Shown here piece by piece: positions 18,661-20,000 of a stretch of 20,000 bases of DNA (position 1 is the stretch's first letter; the number at the start of each line of letters is the position of its first letter). A program made the position numbers and the translations under genes. Origin of the DNA: Neovahlkampfia damariscottae (taxonomy: Eukaryota); assembly GCA_016618085.1 (NCBI GenBank), contig JABLTG010000117.1:44673-64672 (forward strand), read 5' to 3'. Under the pieces are notes generated by a model that was not told the origin of the DNA, did not search any database, and saw only the letters and a program-made list of their open reading frames with translations.

Positions 18661-18992
18661 TATTTGTTGCATAAAAAGCCATGCTAATACAAATAACGAA
18701 ACACTTCAGCTTGAAACTTAATGTTTTTAATTAAAACACTAGCTTTGAAGTAAAAGAAAATTTATTCTTCTATTCTTTGTTTGTACTTTTTGTTTCGTTC
18801 TTTTTTTACTTTCAAATACTTCACTATCAATTTTATAGGAATGTTATGGAAAGGAGAAAAAGAAATTTATTAAATGATTAACTAATTTAAGTAACATTAT
18901 TTCACTTATTTCTACTACTGCCATAATATAACGACCAATGATGATCATTAAAATCAGAATTTTGAACCAATAAATTTTGAACCTTTTTCTCC

Positions 18993-20000
18993 ATGGATTC
19001 AATTGAAAAACTTCAAAAAGAAAGAGGTGATTTAAAAGAAAGAATAAAGAAAATTGATAAAAAAATTGAAAGTTTAAAATATTTCCAACAAATAGAATGT
19101 TGGACAGCAAGTAAAATAACAGAAAGGAATTTGAAAAAAAATATGAACCTGAAGTCGTAAGCCTTTTTAAAAAAGAAAAGGAAATTAGTGATTACCTAAA
19201 AAATTACAAAAAACTATGGGCAGAAGAGTCCACATCTCCCAATCCAAATATTTGTCTATCAGTTGTTTATTTAAAAAAACTAGTCAATGGTGAAACAATT
19301 ACTCAAACGTTTACTGTTGACTGTGATTTATTAGATCATTATAAACAATTGGGTCCAGGAAAAAAACGAGAAGAAAAAGAGAAGCTCATGAAAGAAGCTG
19401 AAAAAGAAACTGTATATTCAAAAAAAGATAACAGCAGAAACTATCCTCTTGCTTTTTTAAGTGAATACACGTTAGTAATCCCACCTTGCAAAGTGGATTT
19501 TGGAATTATGGAGAATGATGAAAGCAAAAGCAAAAACAAAGAACAAAAGCATACTCGAAACGTTGGTGACAATTTTCAGCTAGATCCGACAGAATATAAA
19601 CTTATTCACAGTGAGCTCACTGAAGATATTTTTAAAGAATTAATTAAATTGTATGGATCATTTGAAAAGTTTGATGGCGTCATTCGATCATATTACCTAA
19701 ATACAAGATATGTGAAAGTTTTACAAACCAATGTTAAGAGTCATCACTCAAAATATATGGGTACAGAAAAACTGCAAGACTTTAAACATTCCGAGAGATT
19801 ATTCACATACAATATGGAAAGTACATTTGAAACATGGGCCAATTAGGAAAGTCTTGAAGAAATGAATGTTTTATTGATCTCTACTCATCCTTCCTGCAAA
19901 GTATGCATGGTTCATATGCAAAAATTTTTTTCTCAGTTGAAAGAAGAGAAAAAATTTAAATTGAATTTAACGGTGATATCCAGATTATTAGGGAACCAAG
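18993..20000 (+). pseudogene. Disrupted gene encoding an N-terminal coiled coil and a C-terminal zinc-dependent deaminase-like domain (HxE...CxxC), running off the window
   Basis: ATG at 18993 (MDSIEKLQKERGDLKERIKKID), frameshift near 19120 into the 19349 frame, FKHSERLF (H at 19787), in-frame TAG at 19844-19846. The frame continues to LLISTHPSCKVCMVHMQKF...LNLTVIS (Cys at 19895 and 19904). CCAAT at 18935 and 18967. Confidence 0.65.

Noticed and set aside
19099..19126. An intron explaining the frameshift in the deaminase-like gene
   Set aside because: The GT...AG pairs I checked (12, 16, 24, 28 nt) either keep the wrong frame or create a stop.

Overview
AT-rich, very compact eukaryotic DNA with tiny (27-36 nt) GT-AG introns. 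The repeat style and gene content suggest a protist, possibly a heterolobosean amoeba (inference). From left to right: (1) a giant secreted/surface protein gene on the minus strand (ATG 8914, 5 introns, >2900 aa, running off the left edge and missed by the ORF track), with signal peptide, two ConA/DUF1349-like domains, ~22 EGF-like repeats, a short LRR block and Ig/TIG-like repeats; (2) a divergent START-domain gene whose 70-nt intron looks like two abutting mini-introns; (3) an intronless TPR-CHAT caspase-like protease; (4) a decayed ~4.1-kb non-LTR retrotransposon (ORF1, APE, deleted RT, RNase H, coiled-coil tail, poly-A) with a 13-bp target-site duplication that contains the CCAAT box of the protease promoter; (5) a 343-aa gene with a possible Nbr1-FW Ig-like domain; (6) a Ty3/gypsy RT/RNase H remnant; (7) a 19-20-bp periodic motif array; (8) a disrupted HxE...CxxC zinc-deaminase-like gene at the right edge. 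All domain calls are from motif recognition by eye, not database searches.
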